Shown in pieces: positions 27,635 to 37,420 of a stretch of DNA of 64,000 bases. The DNA comes from Candidatus Bathyarchaeia archaeon (GTDB lineage Archaea > Thermoproteota > Bathyarchaeia > Bathyarchaeales > Bathycorpusculaceae), in the NCBI GenBank assembly GCA_049512935.1, contig JBEKWR010000001.1, forward strand, positions 64,001 through 128,000, read 5' to 3'. Within the stretch, counting starts at the first letter, position 1. Every line of letters starts with the position of its first letter. Made by a program: the position numbers and the translations under genes. The notes beneath the pieces are model-generated. The model searched no databases. It was not told the DNA's origin and saw only the letters and a program-made list of their open reading frames with translations.

Positions 27635-28077
27635 GGATAATCGACGCGGATATCCTTTCCTATGCTCTCTTCCAGAAACATGATGCTCACCAGTATTGTT
27701 GGTCACTGTTGCAGAATGCAATTTACGGAAAAATGAGCGCCGCAATCGCGACTGCAAATCTGCTGGAAGCATATCACGCATTAGTAGAAGATTATGGTGT
27801 GGAAAGGGAAGAAGCATCATACAAACTTGATGCGCTGACTAGAAGTACAAGAATACGATTTCTTCCCTTAACGGTTGATATTGCCCGAAAAGCCCTGGAA
27901 ATAGCCAAGCTTCACAAGGTCAGGTCGTTTGACGCGAACCTTATAGCTTCTGCAGAAATAAATGGGATATCCGTGATCGTAAGCAACGACGCCCACGTCG
28001 CTAGACTATGCAGGGAGCGAGGTCTCATTATCGAAAATCCGATACCTAAAGAAGCGGCAAGGAAAATGCGGCTTTAG
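27622..28077 (+). CDS. vapC: VapC/PIN toxin
   Basis: IIDADIL, LLEAYH, SFDANLIA, SND; coupled to the antitoxin. Confidence 0.88.
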   Translation: METMRIIDADILSYALFQKHDAHQYCWSLLQNAIYGKMSAAIATANLLEAYHALVEDYGVEREEASYKLDALTRSTRIRFLPLTVDIARKALEIAKLHKVRSFDANLIASAEINGISVIVSNDAHVARLCRERGLIIENPIPKEAARKMRL

Positions 28078-28084
28078 AGCGCGC

Positions 28085-28537
28085 TCAAGAAAATGCTCCG
28101 GCTGCGTTAGGGGCGCCTTCAGGTATGAATTGTGTGATGTCCCAGTACTCGACGATTTTGTCGCCCATGAATCGGAAAAGGTGAATCTGCCGCAACCCGC
28201 CTGCTTCTGGGTTGGAACTGGACAGTGTCGTGTGCACTGCAACGAGGTCACCTTCAGCGAGCACCTGCCGCACAGAGAGTTTAAAGTCAGCTGTTGAACC
28301 CTTCACTATTCCTCCGCTGCCCTGCTTCTGCACCGCGATCATCGCGTCTGTTAACGCTTCCATGTTGCCAGCGGTGTAGGGATTATGCGTTATGCAGTCA
28401 GGGGCGAAGAAGACCAAGCCGTCTTTGGGTCTACCGGCTGTAATTAAGCTTAGAAACTTAATTGCGGCTTCCTTGCGGAGCTTATGCACATCGTTTTCAG
28501 CCACCTCAAAAAGCAGTTCGTTATCCATGCTTGTCAC
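28085..28537 (-). CDS. SnoaL/NTF2-like protein
   Basis: THNP, LAEGDLVAVH, FRF..DKIVEYWD. Confidence 0.85.
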   Translation of the reverse strand: MTSMDNELLFEVAENDVHKLRKEAAIKFLSLITAGRPKDGLVFFAPDCITHNPYTAGNMEALTDAMIAVQKQGSGGIVKGSTADFKLSVRQVLAEGDLVAVHTTLSSSNPEAGGLRQIHLFRFMGDKIVEYWDITQFIPEGAPNAAGAFS

Positions 28538-28683
28538 ATTAAAAACGTGCCGTTAAACGTAGTTAAATATTCCTAGCAAAATTCCATCGGTAGCTTGCCC
28601 CTTCGCCGAAACAGGAAGAAACACCCGAAGCTTTCAGGCTCAGCGCCCCGTTTTGAAGGCGCCGCCGCCAGCAACCTAAAGAT

Positions 28684-28980
28684 AAAGTCGCAGCCCACCG
28701 AAGCCTTCAAGCTGCCCTAATTTTTGGAAGCTGAAACCTAAGCAACCCCTAAACCGAAGCCCTAATCGGAAACCCGCCCATAACCGACAATGCCGTCAAC
28801 ATGGGGTCAACATGGAAAGTCGCAATCCGCCCATAGCAAAGTCGCAACGTTCTTGCAAAAGCAAAGCCTAAACCAAGAAAGCAACATGAAAAGCAACCTG
28901 CCGCCCGCGAAAGTCGCAACTTATCCATAGCAAAAGTCGCAACTTAAAAAAAATAGAAAAAACAAACAAAACGTCGCAAA
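28684..28980 (+). repeat. Cluster of AAAGTCGCAAC direct repeats upstream of tfe
   Basis: Copies at 28816, 28838, 28910, 28933; degenerate copies at 28684 and 28970. Confidence 0.75.
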
Positions 28981-29094
28981 ACCCAAAAAAACCAGATTCA
29001 GCAAGAAAACAAACCATGGCAAATTTCCTTAATCAGGCAAGAACAGTTTTATTGTAGGAAGTTCCATTATTATGAGCTAAGGGAACATTAGACT

Positions 29095-29607
29095 ATGTTA
29101 TCGACCATTGACGACGCAACTTTGATGAAGGTTGCCATGGCACTAGGAGAAGAAGAAGCCGTCAAACTTATCGAGTACCTAAAAGGCGTAGACGAAATAA
29201 CCGACGACGAAATAGCCAACAAAACAGGCATCCGCCTAAACAGCGTACGCAAAATCCTCTACAAACTCTACGACCACAGCCTAGTAAGCCTCAGAAGAAC
29301 ACGAGACCCAAAAACAGGCTGGTTCATCTTCCACTGGAAACTACAACCTGACCAGCTAGAAGGATTCATCCTAAGCCAAAAAAGACGCGTCCTAGAAAAA
29401 CTCAACGTCAGGCTGGAATACGAAAAAAACCACGACTTCTACTACTGCGGAAGCCCAGAATGCAAACGCGTCCCATTCGAAGAAGCCGTTGAGCTGGTTT
29501 TCCACTGCTCAGGCTGCGGCAAACCACTCGTGCATTTCGCAAACGAAAAAATGATAACCAAACTCTCCGAAAAAGTCGACCTGCTAAGGAAGGAACTCGG
29601 TGAGTAA
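29095..29607 (+). CDS. tfe: Transcription factor E alpha
   Basis: TDDEIA, VRKILYKL, GWFIFHW, Zn ribbon. Confidence 0.93.
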   Translation: MLSTIDDATLMKVAMALGEEEAVKLIEYLKGVDEITDDEIANKTGIRLNSVRKILYKLYDHSLVSLRRTRDPKTGWFIFHWKLQPDQLEGFILSQKRRVLEKLNVRLEYEKNHDFYYCGSPECKRVPFEEAVELVFHCSGCGKPLVHFANEKMITKLSEKVDLLRKELGE

Positions 29608-30130
29608 TCCGCTTCCTTCAAGGGAGCAAGCAATCAAACTTCTCCGAAAAAACAATTGTCCACCGCAAGTCATCAGCCACTGCAAAGCCGTTGCAGACCT
29701 GTCTTTAGAAATAGGAAGCCAACTCCAAAAAAAAGGCTTAAAACTGGATATGAAACTTGTCGAAGCAGGCGCACTTTTACACGACATAGGCCGTTCAAAA
29801 ACAAACACAGTCGACCACGGCATGATAGGCGCCCAAATCGCCCAGTCAGAAGGACTGCCCGAACCAGTTGTCAACGTAATTAAGAGGCATGTCGGCGGCG
29901 GAATCACGGCTGAAGAAGCAGCTGGGTTTGGTTGGCCAAAAGATGTTTACGTGCCGCTTAGTTTGGAGGAGAAAATCGTTTCATACTCTGACAAGCTGAT
30001 TGATAACCATAGAAAAGGGCGTGTTTCCATCGACGTTGAGGTTGATCGTCTTTTAGCAAATGGGCACAGAGACGCGGCGGAAAGAGTTAGAAAGCTTCAT
30101 GAAGAAATGACCACTTTGCTGGGTAACTGA
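29600..30130 (+). CDS. HD-domain protein (TIGR00295-like)
   Basis: HC..V, LLHDIGR, RHVGGGI, EEKIVSYSD. Confidence 0.88.
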   Translation: MSNPLPSREQAIKLLRKNNCPPQVISHCKAVADLSLEIGSQLQKKGLKLDMKLVEAGALLHDIGRSKTNTVDHGMIGAQIAQSEGLPEPVVNVIKRHVGGGITAEEAAGFGWPKDVYVPLSLEEKIVSYSDKLIDNHRKGRVSIDVEVDRLLANGHRDAAERVRKLHEEMTTLLGN

Positions 30131-30132
30131 AC

Positions 30133-30876
30133 ATGACCGTTTTAACTCTGCTTGTGAAAGCGCGCAATTCGGGGCAACTGAAACGGGTAGATGACCTTTT
30201 GAAGGCCGAGTTTGAAAACTTGGATTTAGACTTTAAAGTCTTAGGCGCTCCAGTTAACTGTTGGGTGCAGGTTTCTCTTTCAGGAGAAGATGAAGTGTTA
30301 GCTACAAACTACATCAACAAGGAAATAGGCATCTGCCCTGTGAGCGCAAAAAGAGTCGAAAAATCCTCAAACCTCAAAGGATACATCACAAAACTCGACT
30401 TGACCAAAAACGAGTTGATGGTAGACGTCGGCATTTTTGAACCAGAAATAACCCTAGCAACAGTCCCTCTGGCGAATTTGCAGGCTCAACTTGCAAGGGG
30501 AAAAAAGGCTGACTTGAAAAAAATCGTCGAAGTCTACGGGTTACGGGAGAATTTGCCGTTGAACGTGAAAATCGTCAGTTTAGGCGGGGAGAGCGAAGAC
30601 GCAAGGTTGCAAGCTGAACTATCAACGGTTCAGACTGAAAAAATGTTTCTGTGGCAGCATTCGCTTTTGGATAGGCTGATCGTTTTAGGCGCAACTGACG
30701 AAGAGATCGAGTCGGTGCTGGCGCGAACAGGACTTAACAGGGACGTTATTGACGCTGAGCGGCTAGGAATGTTTGAATACGCTTTAACGTGCAAATTTGG
30801 GACTGAAGCGGCAGGCTTGATTCCGAAGTTGGGTCGGTACATGCGGTATGCCGTTTTTGTCGTTTTTGCCCCATGA
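30133..30876 (+). CDS. DUF2110-family protein
   Basis: LDRLIV.G, ERLGMFE...CKFGTEAAGLIPKLG; syntenic with tfe. Confidence 0.75.
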   Translation: MTVLTLLVKARNSGQLKRVDDLLKAEFENLDLDFKVLGAPVNCWVQVSLSGEDEVLATNYINKEIGICPVSAKRVEKSSNLKGYITKLDLTKNELMVDVGIFEPEITLATVPLANLQAQLARGKKADLKKIVEVYGLRENLPLNVKIVSLGGESEDARLQAELSTVQTEKMFLWQHSLLDRLIVLGATDEEIESVLARTGLNRDVIDAERLGMFEYALTCKFGTEAAGLIPKLGRYMRYAVFVVFAP

Positions 30877-30954
30877 AAGTGTTTGGCTTTATCGGTGAAT
30901 CGCCATTAACCTTATAAGTATTTTCAAATTATAGGTAAATAATCTGTTACCTGA

Positions 30955-31152
30955 ATGAGTCTAACAGGAGAGGGGGAGATAGAACATATGAGTGAACCAG
31001 ACGACCGAGGGGAGAGAAGAAAATACAGGATCGATATAGGAGCTTATGGCAGCATAGGCATAGAAGCACCAACCAAAAAGGAGTGCTTGGAACTGTTCAT
31101 GGAAGTCACGAAAACAAAACGTGACTCAAGGATAGACGAAGCAATCAGATAA
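30955..31152 (+). CDS. Small hypothetical protein (start possibly 30988)
   Basis: ORF with purine-rich SD-like region and upstream TATA-like TTATAA. Confidence 0.5.
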   Translation: MSLTGEGEIEHMSEPDDRGERRKYRIDIGAYGSIGIEAPTKKECLELFMEVTKTKRDSRIDEAIR

Positions 31153-31242
31153 GCAACAGAATTAAGTCAAGCGCCAGCATGCTTCTGTTTTTTTCTTCAA
31201 AGGAGGTGGAGATGAAAAAATGGCTGGCGTGCCTTTATTTTT

Positions 31243-31398
31243 CTAGAGAACGTCGTGTTCTTCTTTGCAGTGTGCATTATAGTCTTTTTTGTTGTCGTAG
31301 ACTTGTTGGTCTAAGGGGCACTTGAACTTTTTATCGGCTGTCATTTCAGGTTTAGGTCTGGTGATGTTTGATTTTTCTCTTGATCGCTTTGCTGCCAA
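31243..31398 (-). CDS. 51-aa C2H2-like zinc-finger microprotein (absent from ORF track)
   Basis: MAAKRS...FKCPLDQQVYDNKKDYNAHCKEEHDVL*; AGGTGA SD before TTG. Confidence 0.65.
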   Translation of the reverse strand: MAAKRSREKSNITRPKPEMTADKKFKCPLDQQVYDNKKDYNAHCKEEHDVL

Positions 31399-31515
31399 AA
31401 GTTATCACCTCGTCGTGGCTTTAATGGAAACTTAAGGCGTGAACTAATAACGTTATGTGACTGTACAGGCACAGCAACAATCATTTTGGGATGGAATGGC
31501 CAAAGTGCTGATGGA

Positions 31516-31929
31516 CTATTGAGTTTCTTTTAGTGCCTCTTTGAGCTGGTCGAAACTCTTCACCACCTTGTCGGAGTGCGCGATTATCCATGGGCTTAGG
31601 CAGTTGATTTCTGAAACTACAATGATTTTCTTGCCCCTGCGTTTGGCGTAAAACAGTTCCATGCATGCTCCAGCCGAGAGTATGGGCAGGTAAACCACCA
31701 TGATGTCGCATCGGTCGGCGTCGTCAAGGTCCCGCTGGATAAAGTCGAATGTAGGAACCTTATCCCACCAGCATCTTTCGTCTCCGTTGTAGAGGACTTT
31801 TTCCCTGTTCCACGGGTCGATAACCTCAAACCCCGCGCTGTTGAGGATGTCGGTTATTTTTGTCCTGTATTCCTGATGGTTTTCCATGCCCAGAATCGGG
31901 CCTGAAATGAAAACTTTCTTCGTCATGAT
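31516..31929 (-). CDS. Nucleoside 2-deoxyribosyltransferase-like protein
   Basis: KVFISGPI, DL..ADRCD, SAGACMEL.YA. Confidence 0.8.
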   Translation of the reverse strand: MMTKKVFISGPILGMENHQEYRTKITDILNSAGFEVIDPWNREKVLYNGDERCWWDKVPTFDFIQRDLDDADRCDIMVVYLPILSAGACMELFYAKRRGKKIIVVSEINCLSPWIIAHSDKVVKSFDQLKEALKETQ

Positions 31930-32060
31930 GGCTACCTCCGCAGTTTGCTTCCAACACGTCTGCGTCTTGTTTGCATGGATATTCAACTCTGGTTTTTCTT
32001 AAACTTTCTTGTCGCTGTTTCTAGGCGGCGGGTTTTGGCGGGTCGCCTGTTTTCGGGCGC

Positions 32061-32285
32061 TTTTTGTGTTGGTTTTTTGTCACAAATAGTAGCCTACCCT
32101 ATAGGGTCGTAATGAGTCAAAATACGCCATTTTTGTGATGGTTTCTGGTCACAAATACTAGACCCCCTCCCCCGTCTTTGTGAACCCATATTTACCTTGG
32201 TTTTGATGTAAATATTAGGTACCCCTGTAGGGTAGGCGGATTGTTTGAAGGGGAAGTTTTGGGTTGGTTTCTTGGTTTGGAGCCC
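32061..32285 (-). repeat. Dispersed intergenic repeat, copy 3 (A + three B modules)
   Basis: Reverse complements: A at 32256-32285; B at 32185-32226, 32130-32168, 32061-32100. Confidence 0.75.
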
Positions 32286-32471
32286 AAATCAAGCAGAGGG
32301 CACCCGTGTTCTCCAGCTTGGAATAAAGACTTTTAGCCCATTTTTCAGGTATAAACCCATTCATACCTGTTCTCCTTGCCTTCCCCATTCAATCAGGGCT
32401 TGTTTCAGGTTGTTTTATTGAGTTAGAGCTTGAATTGGGCTCAAAATAGCTTGGGCTAAAAACGGGGAAAG

Positions 32472-33680
32472 TTATCTTGCTTTGCTTTTCTTCATGAATC
32501 CTTCCAGCGCGTTGAACGCTTCTTCCAGCTCTGCAATCGGCGGCAGAAAAACAGCCCTTGCGTGACCTTTGCCGTAGACTGGGTCGAAGCCTGAGCCGTT
32601 GACGGTTAGGACGCCTGTTGCCTTGAGCAGGTCGACAACGAAGTCCATGTCGGTCTTCCACGTTGAGCCTATGCCGCTGATTCTTGGGAAGATGTAGAAT
32701 GCTCCTTCAGGCTTGGTTGTGCTTATGCCTTGGATTTCGTTGAGCCGTTTCCACGCGAAATCTCTTCGCTCCTTGAGCCTTTCCACGATGTCTTTGACGC
32801 AGTCCTGCGGACCGTTGAGCGCGGCGTTCGCGGCTATCTGCACGGGCGTGTTGGCGCAGATGCGTATTCGGCACTCCTTCTCAACGCCCTCCTTGAGCCG
32901 TTCGAGCCTTTTGCCCTCGCCTTTGAAGTACATGTATCCTAAACGCAGACCCGTCATCGAGTAGACTTTTGAGAAGCCGTTTAACCCGACGACTGGCACG
33001 TCTTTAGAGAGGTACGCTGCGCTGACGAACTCTTTCTCGTAAGTTAATTGGTCGTAAATCTCATCCGACAGAACGGGCAGGTCATGTTCGCCTGCGATGT
33101 CCAAAATGTCCTTAATCATTTTCCTGTCGTACACTGAACCAGTCGGGTTGTTAGGGTTAATTATTACGATAGCGCGGGTTTTCTTGCTTATTTTCTTACG
33201 CAGGTCATCGATGTTTGGGTGCCAACATTCCTTCTCGATGGTTTCGTATGAGACAGGGGTCCCGTCGAAAAACCTTGTGTAGGAAATGTACGGTGGGTAG
33301 GTTGGGCCTGGAAAAAGGATTTCATCGCCTTTTTCAACTAAGGCGCCGAGAAGCATCTGGATTCCTTCAGAGATACCCTCGGTTATCAGCACCTTATCTG
33401 CTGTGATGTCTACGTTGTTGACTTTTTTCTCTTTTCTAACGATGGATTCCCTGAGGTCAAGTCTTCCTTCTGAAGGCGAATAGTAGTTATCATCCTTTTG
33501 AACTGCTGCGCATAGGGCGTCTTTGACGTTTTGCGGGGTTTTAAAATCGAAAGCCGCGGGGTCGCCGATGTTTAGATAATAGATTTTTCTGCCGTCGGCT
33601 ACAAGCTGCGTAGTGTACGCTATCACGTCCCGTATTGCATATTCGATGTTTGAGGCTCTGCTGGTCACCTTGACGCTCAA
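32472..33680 (-). CDS. Class I/II PLP aminotransferase (AlaA-like)
   Basis: LNIGDP, INPNNPTG, SDEIY, GFSKVY..TGLRLG. Confidence 0.92.
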   Translation of the reverse strand: MSVKVTSRASNIEYAIRDVIAYTTQLVADGRKIYYLNIGDPAAFDFKTPQNVKDALCAAVQKDDNYYSPSEGRLDLRESIVRKEKKVNNVDITADKVLITEGISEGIQMLLGALVEKGDEILFPGPTYPPYISYTRFFDGTPVSYETIEKECWHPNIDDLRKKISKKTRAIVIINPNNPTGSVYDRKMIKDILDIAGEHDLPVLSDEIYDQLTYEKEFVSAAYLSKDVPVVGLNGFSKVYSMTGLRLGYMYFKGEGKRLERLKEGVEKECRIRICANTPVQIAANAALNGPQDCVKDIVERLKERRDFAWKRLNEIQGISTTKPEGAFYIFPRISGIGSTWKTDMDFVVDLLKATGVLTVNGSGFDPVYGKGHARAVFLPPIAELEEAFNALEGFMKKSKAR

Positions 33681-33800
33681 GTTATGTTACCTGTTACCCA
33701 AACACTTGCTAACCCAAAAATCAAGCTTCCGAACGGCTGGGTTTAGATGAAGAGGCTAAACAGCTTGAGGCGCAGGGTGATTTAAGAGCTGAGAGTTCTG

Positions 33801-35243
33801 TCAGTATGATCGTGCAAAGTACGCTGTTTCCTTGGCTTTCTGCCCGCAGTAGATGCAGCCAGTTTCTGGTTCTTCCTTCTCGAACGGCAAAACCCTGATG
33901 GTTGCGCCCGTCTCATCTTTAAGCTTAGCTTCGCAGTCAGCGCTACCACACCAAGCTGCCTTCAAAAAGCCGCCTTTGTCACAGAGGACTTTCTTGAACT
34001 CCTCGTAGCTTCGCGCGGTGCTGGTGCTGCTTTGCATAAAGGTTTTTGCCTTTGTAAACAGGTTTTCTTGAATTTCCTGCAGAAGCTTCTCTGTGGCTGC
34101 TGGTATGTCGGCTTCTTTAACTGGGGTTTTTTGGCCGTTGTCCCTTCTGACCATGATGACTTGTCCTTGTTTGAGGTCCCGTGGACCAATCTCTATTCTG
34201 ACTGGGACGCCTTTGAGTTCCCACTGGTTAAACTTCCAGCCAGGCGTGTACTCCTGGCGGTCGTCCAAAATGACGCTGAAACCCTTGGCCTTTAGTGTTC
34301 CAGTTATTTCTTGTGCCTTTGCAACAATGGCGGCTGCTTCGGCAACCTTGAAGAGAATCGGAACAATAACGACTTGAACTGGCGCGACTTTAGGCGGAAT
34401 AACTAATCCTTTGTCGTCGCCGTGAACCATAACCATCGCGCCGATGAGCCGTGTGCTGATGCCCCAGCTGGTTTGCCAAACGTAATGGTCCAGCTTGTCC
34501 TCGCCTATGTATTTGACGTCGAAGACCTTGGCGAAGTTCTGTCCAAGGTTGTGGCTGGTTCCCATCTGCAACGCTTTCCCGTCAGGCATCATCGCTTCCA
34601 ACGACGTGGTGTACACTGCTCCAGCGAACTTTTCACTTTCGCTTTTAACGCCCGCGAGTACTGGGATAGCTAGGTAGTTTTCGATTACGTTCCTGTACTC
34701 GTTCAGCGCGTAGAGGACTTCTGCTTCGGCTTCCTCTTTTGTGGCGTGGGCTGTGTGACCTTCTTGCCAGAGGAATTCTCGTGTCCGCAGGAAAAGCCTT
34801 GTGGATTTAGTTTCCCAACGGACGATGTTGCACCACTGGTTAATCTTGATGGGTAGGTCTCGCCAACTGCGAATCCACTTGGAAAATGTAGCGTACATTA
34901 TCGTCTCGCTGGTCGGTCTGATAGCCACCTTCTCTTCCAGCTCCGTGTCTCCGCCCTGGCTAATCCAAGCGACTTCAGGCGTGAAACCTGCAAAGTGTTC
35001 AGCCTCTTTCTTAAGCAAGCTTTCAGGGATAAACATGGGAAAATACACGTTGCGGTGCCCCGTCGCTTTGATTCTCTGGTTGAATGTTTCCTGGATTTTC
35101 TCCCAAACTGCGTAGGCATCCTCGCGGATTATCATGCAGCCTCTAACGGGCGCGTAATCTGCAAGCCCAGCTTTTAGGATGACTTCCACGTACCACTCTG
35201 AGAAGTCCTGACTTTTCTTTATGGTGACTCCAGTGTCTGACAT
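33801..35243 (-). CDS. proS: Prolyl-tRNA synthetase (archaeal/eukaryote type)
   Basis: RPTSET, REFLWQEGHT, GTSHNLGQNF, FARSY end; ATG at 35243. Confidence 0.96.
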   Translation of the reverse strand: MSDTGVTIKKSQDFSEWYVEVILKAGLADYAPVRGCMIIREDAYAVWEKIQETFNQRIKATGHRNVYFPMFIPESLLKKEAEHFAGFTPEVAWISQGGDTELEEKVAIRPTSETIMYATFSKWIRSWRDLPIKINQWCNIVRWETKSTRLFLRTREFLWQEGHTAHATKEEAEAEVLYALNEYRNVIENYLAIPVLAGVKSESEKFAGAVYTTSLEAMMPDGKALQMGTSHNLGQNFAKVFDVKYIGEDKLDHYVWQTSWGISTRLIGAMVMVHGDDKGLVIPPKVAPVQVVIVPILFKVAEAAAIVAKAQEITGTLKAKGFSVILDDRQEYTPGWKFNQWELKGVPVRIEIGPRDLKQGQVIMVRRDNGQKTPVKEADIPAATEKLLQEIQENLFTKAKTFMQSSTSTARSYEEFKKVLCDKGGFLKAAWCGSADCEAKLKDETGATIRVLPFEKEEPETGCIYCGQKAKETAYFARSY

Positions 35244-35423
35244 GGCTCTTTTCTCTTCTTTGCTGTCTTTACGGCTACAGGATATAAAACCGTAACGGGT
35301 GGGGAAACAAAAATGTTGGCTGAGAAATTCGGTAAAGAGGTTGACTTTAGCGCTTGAATTGTGAACTTGCGAAAAAGTTATCTGCCAACCGCTTCTAAGT
35401 AGCATTCAAGGAAGCGATGCCCG

Positions 35424-35861
35424 ATGGCAGAAGAGCGTTATGCTTACATGCTGATTGTTGACAAAAAGTATTGGGAAGCCTTCCTCGCCAAAAGCAAAGC
35501 CGCCCCTAAAGCACAGGCTTTTGTGAGGAGAAACCAGGTTGGACCCAAACAGGTTGAGAAGTTGCTGTTCTACGTTACGGGGAAGAAGCAGGTTTTGGGT
35601 TCGGCTGATTTTCTGGAGCGTTTAGCAGGGAACTTTGAGGATTTATGGGCGAAGTACGGTGGCGAAAGCTGCTTTGAGTCCTTCGAAGAGTACAAGAAAT
35701 TCGCCGACGACAGGTTAAAGATGACTTTCATCAGGTTCAGCAATCTTACCGAAACAGCTAACCCGAAGCCTAAGGAGGAAGTTTCGAAGGTTCTTGGTTC
35801 AATACGCGGCTTTGGTGCGGGAAGATTCTTGGATAAGCAGACTGCAATGCAGTTAGTGTAA
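35424..35861 (+). CDS. EVE/ASCH (PUA-like) domain protein
   Basis: LLFYVT..KQVLG.A, LW.KYG pattern. Confidence 0.55.
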   Translation: MAEERYAYMLIVDKKYWEAFLAKSKAAPKAQAFVRRNQVGPKQVEKLLFYVTGKKQVLGSADFLERLAGNFEDLWAKYGGESCFESFEEYKKFADDRLKMTFIRFSNLTETANPKPKEEVSKVLGSIRGFGAGRFLDKQTAMQLV

Positions 35862-35909
35862 ACGATTAAATGTGTGACCTAATACTCCTAAGCTAGAAGT
35901 GAAGACGTA

Positions 35910-36233
35910 ATGTTCCGCGTAAGAGTAAACAAAATCGAGTCAACCCGTGATTTAGACGGCAACCTTGGAAAAAGAATTGAGTTGATGGAAGAGCGAGAAG
36001 TTAACCCGTACGTGCTCAGACCCCAGTCGGACGAAGGGAAAATGGCTCAGGACATTATGCAGGCACTTCAACAGCAAATGCCCTTTCTACCGCAGAGAAC
36101 CCAGCTTTCCACGCCGAAAATCATTCTGTTCCTAACCGAGCAAGAATACGACAGTTTAGGCATAGTCTTCGATGTCAACCAAGTCTACGAAGTTGCACTG
36201 GAAAACCAAGCGATCTGCTTTAGGAAAGTTTGA
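35910..36233 (+). CDS. Arcadin-1-like protein
   Basis: GNLGKRIEL.EE...QQQMP...PKIILFLTEQEY..LG..FDV, matching my recollection of arcadin-1. Confidence 0.65.
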   Translation: MFRVRVNKIESTRDLDGNLGKRIELMEEREVNPYVLRPQSDEGKMAQDIMQALQQQMPFLPQRTQLSTPKIILFLTEQEYDSLGIVFDVNQVYEVALENQAICFRKV

Positions 36234-36663
36234 GAATTTCTTTTCTCATCTGCCGCAGCGCCGTGTGCTTCGGATGAAAAGACAAGACGAACATCATGCT
36301 TCTTAACGCTGAACAAATCTCGTCTAAATCAGACATTTTTCCTTCGTCGCAGTAAAGCGGCACAGGCTCATCGAAACCGTCATCTTCATAATAAACGTAG
36401 ATCGGTGACGACGCCTTCAACTTTACCATTTCAAAGTTCAGGTTCAGCCGTTTAGCCGTTTGCTGTGTCGCTGTTCTAACTGACTCCAACCGTTTCCTGT
36501 GTGGCACGCCGCTTGACGCGTAAACCATTAGTTTCCCGCTGTTTTCCTTGAACATGACACAATCACCAGCACCCCCTCTGCTGAGAACTCTTTTAAAGAA
36601 AACCTTGAAACGACTGTTCAGGGCAGGGGAGGGGTAACTGAAAGTGAACGCTGCCACGCTCAA
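36220..36663 (-). CDS. Hypothetical protein (start probably ATG ~36555)
   Basis: SPIYVYY...PVPLYCD, MMFVLSFHPKH. Confidence 0.6.
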   Translation of the reverse strand: MSVAAFTFSYPSPALNSRFKVFFKRVLSRGGAGDCVMFKENSGKLMVYASSGVPHRKRLESVRTATQQTAKRLNLNFEMVKLKASSPIYVYYEDDGFDEPVPLYCDEGKMSDLDEICSALRSMMFVLSFHPKHTALRQMRKEILKLS

Positions 36664-36704
36664 GAAAACGGCATCTAAGTTTGGTTAATAGCCAAAAAAG
36701 CCGG

Positions 36705-37205
36705 CTACCGTGCGAGGGTGTTAAGCTCCAATGGTACCTTGAGCTTACCGCACCACTCTGATATTTTGTTCTCAGCGTCCTCTTTGTTTTCACGCAGCCT
36801 AACGATGATTAGGTCCACAGCCGGATTGCTTTCGGGCAACAGTTCTTTCGTCTTCTCGATGGCTTTTTCCCCTCCGTTTCCCTCATTTGTGCAGAAAATC
36901 GCGACTCTTTTTCCTGCGAGGCTGTTTTTCTTCAAGTAGGTTCTGATGGCAGGTGTTGGCCTCGTAAACCAGACGGGAGTTCCGACAACTATGAGGTCGT
37001 AGAGCTCAGGGGATTTTGCGGTGGCAGATATCTTGGTTTCTCTGCCGAGCATAGCGTCAAGAGAAGCCTTCATGAAGGCGGACATCCCGAATCGTTTCTT
37101 TAAGTCAACAACCTCTTCAATGTCTGCCCCGAGATGTTGAGCTACTGTCTCAGCAACGAACTGAGTGTTACCCGTTCGAGAATAGTAAACGACTAAGGTC
37201 TTCAT
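36705..37205 (-). CDS. Flavodoxin
   Basis: YYSRTGNT, GTPVW. Confidence 0.88.
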   Translation of the reverse strand: MKTLVVYYSRTGNTQFVAETVAQHLGADIEEVVDLKKRFGMSAFMKASLDAMLGRETKISATAKSPELYDLIVVGTPVWFTRPTPAIRTYLKKNSLAGKRVAIFCTNEGNGGEKAIEKTKELLPESNPAVDLIIVRLRENKEDAENKISEWCGKLKVPLELNTLAR

Positions 37206-37420
37206 TATTTCTTCTCCGTTGGCTAAATATGACAAGCAAGTTTTAAATGCTTGCCAGCGTAAAAACGCAGTGCGACGCCATTTTCTAAGTAAAAAATCGT
37301 TTGCCTGAATAAATTTTTCTTGCACACTTTGGGCGAAAAAATCAAAGCATTTTAGAACAGGAAATATTTTTTTAAATTAATCTTAAATTTGAGCCACCCA
37401 GTATAGAATTGGAATGGCAA

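Noticed and set aside
28684-28980. Chromosomal origin (ORB) or CRISPR
   Set aside because: No cdc6/orc1 nearby, the motif is unlike ORB, and the repeats are too short for CRISPR.
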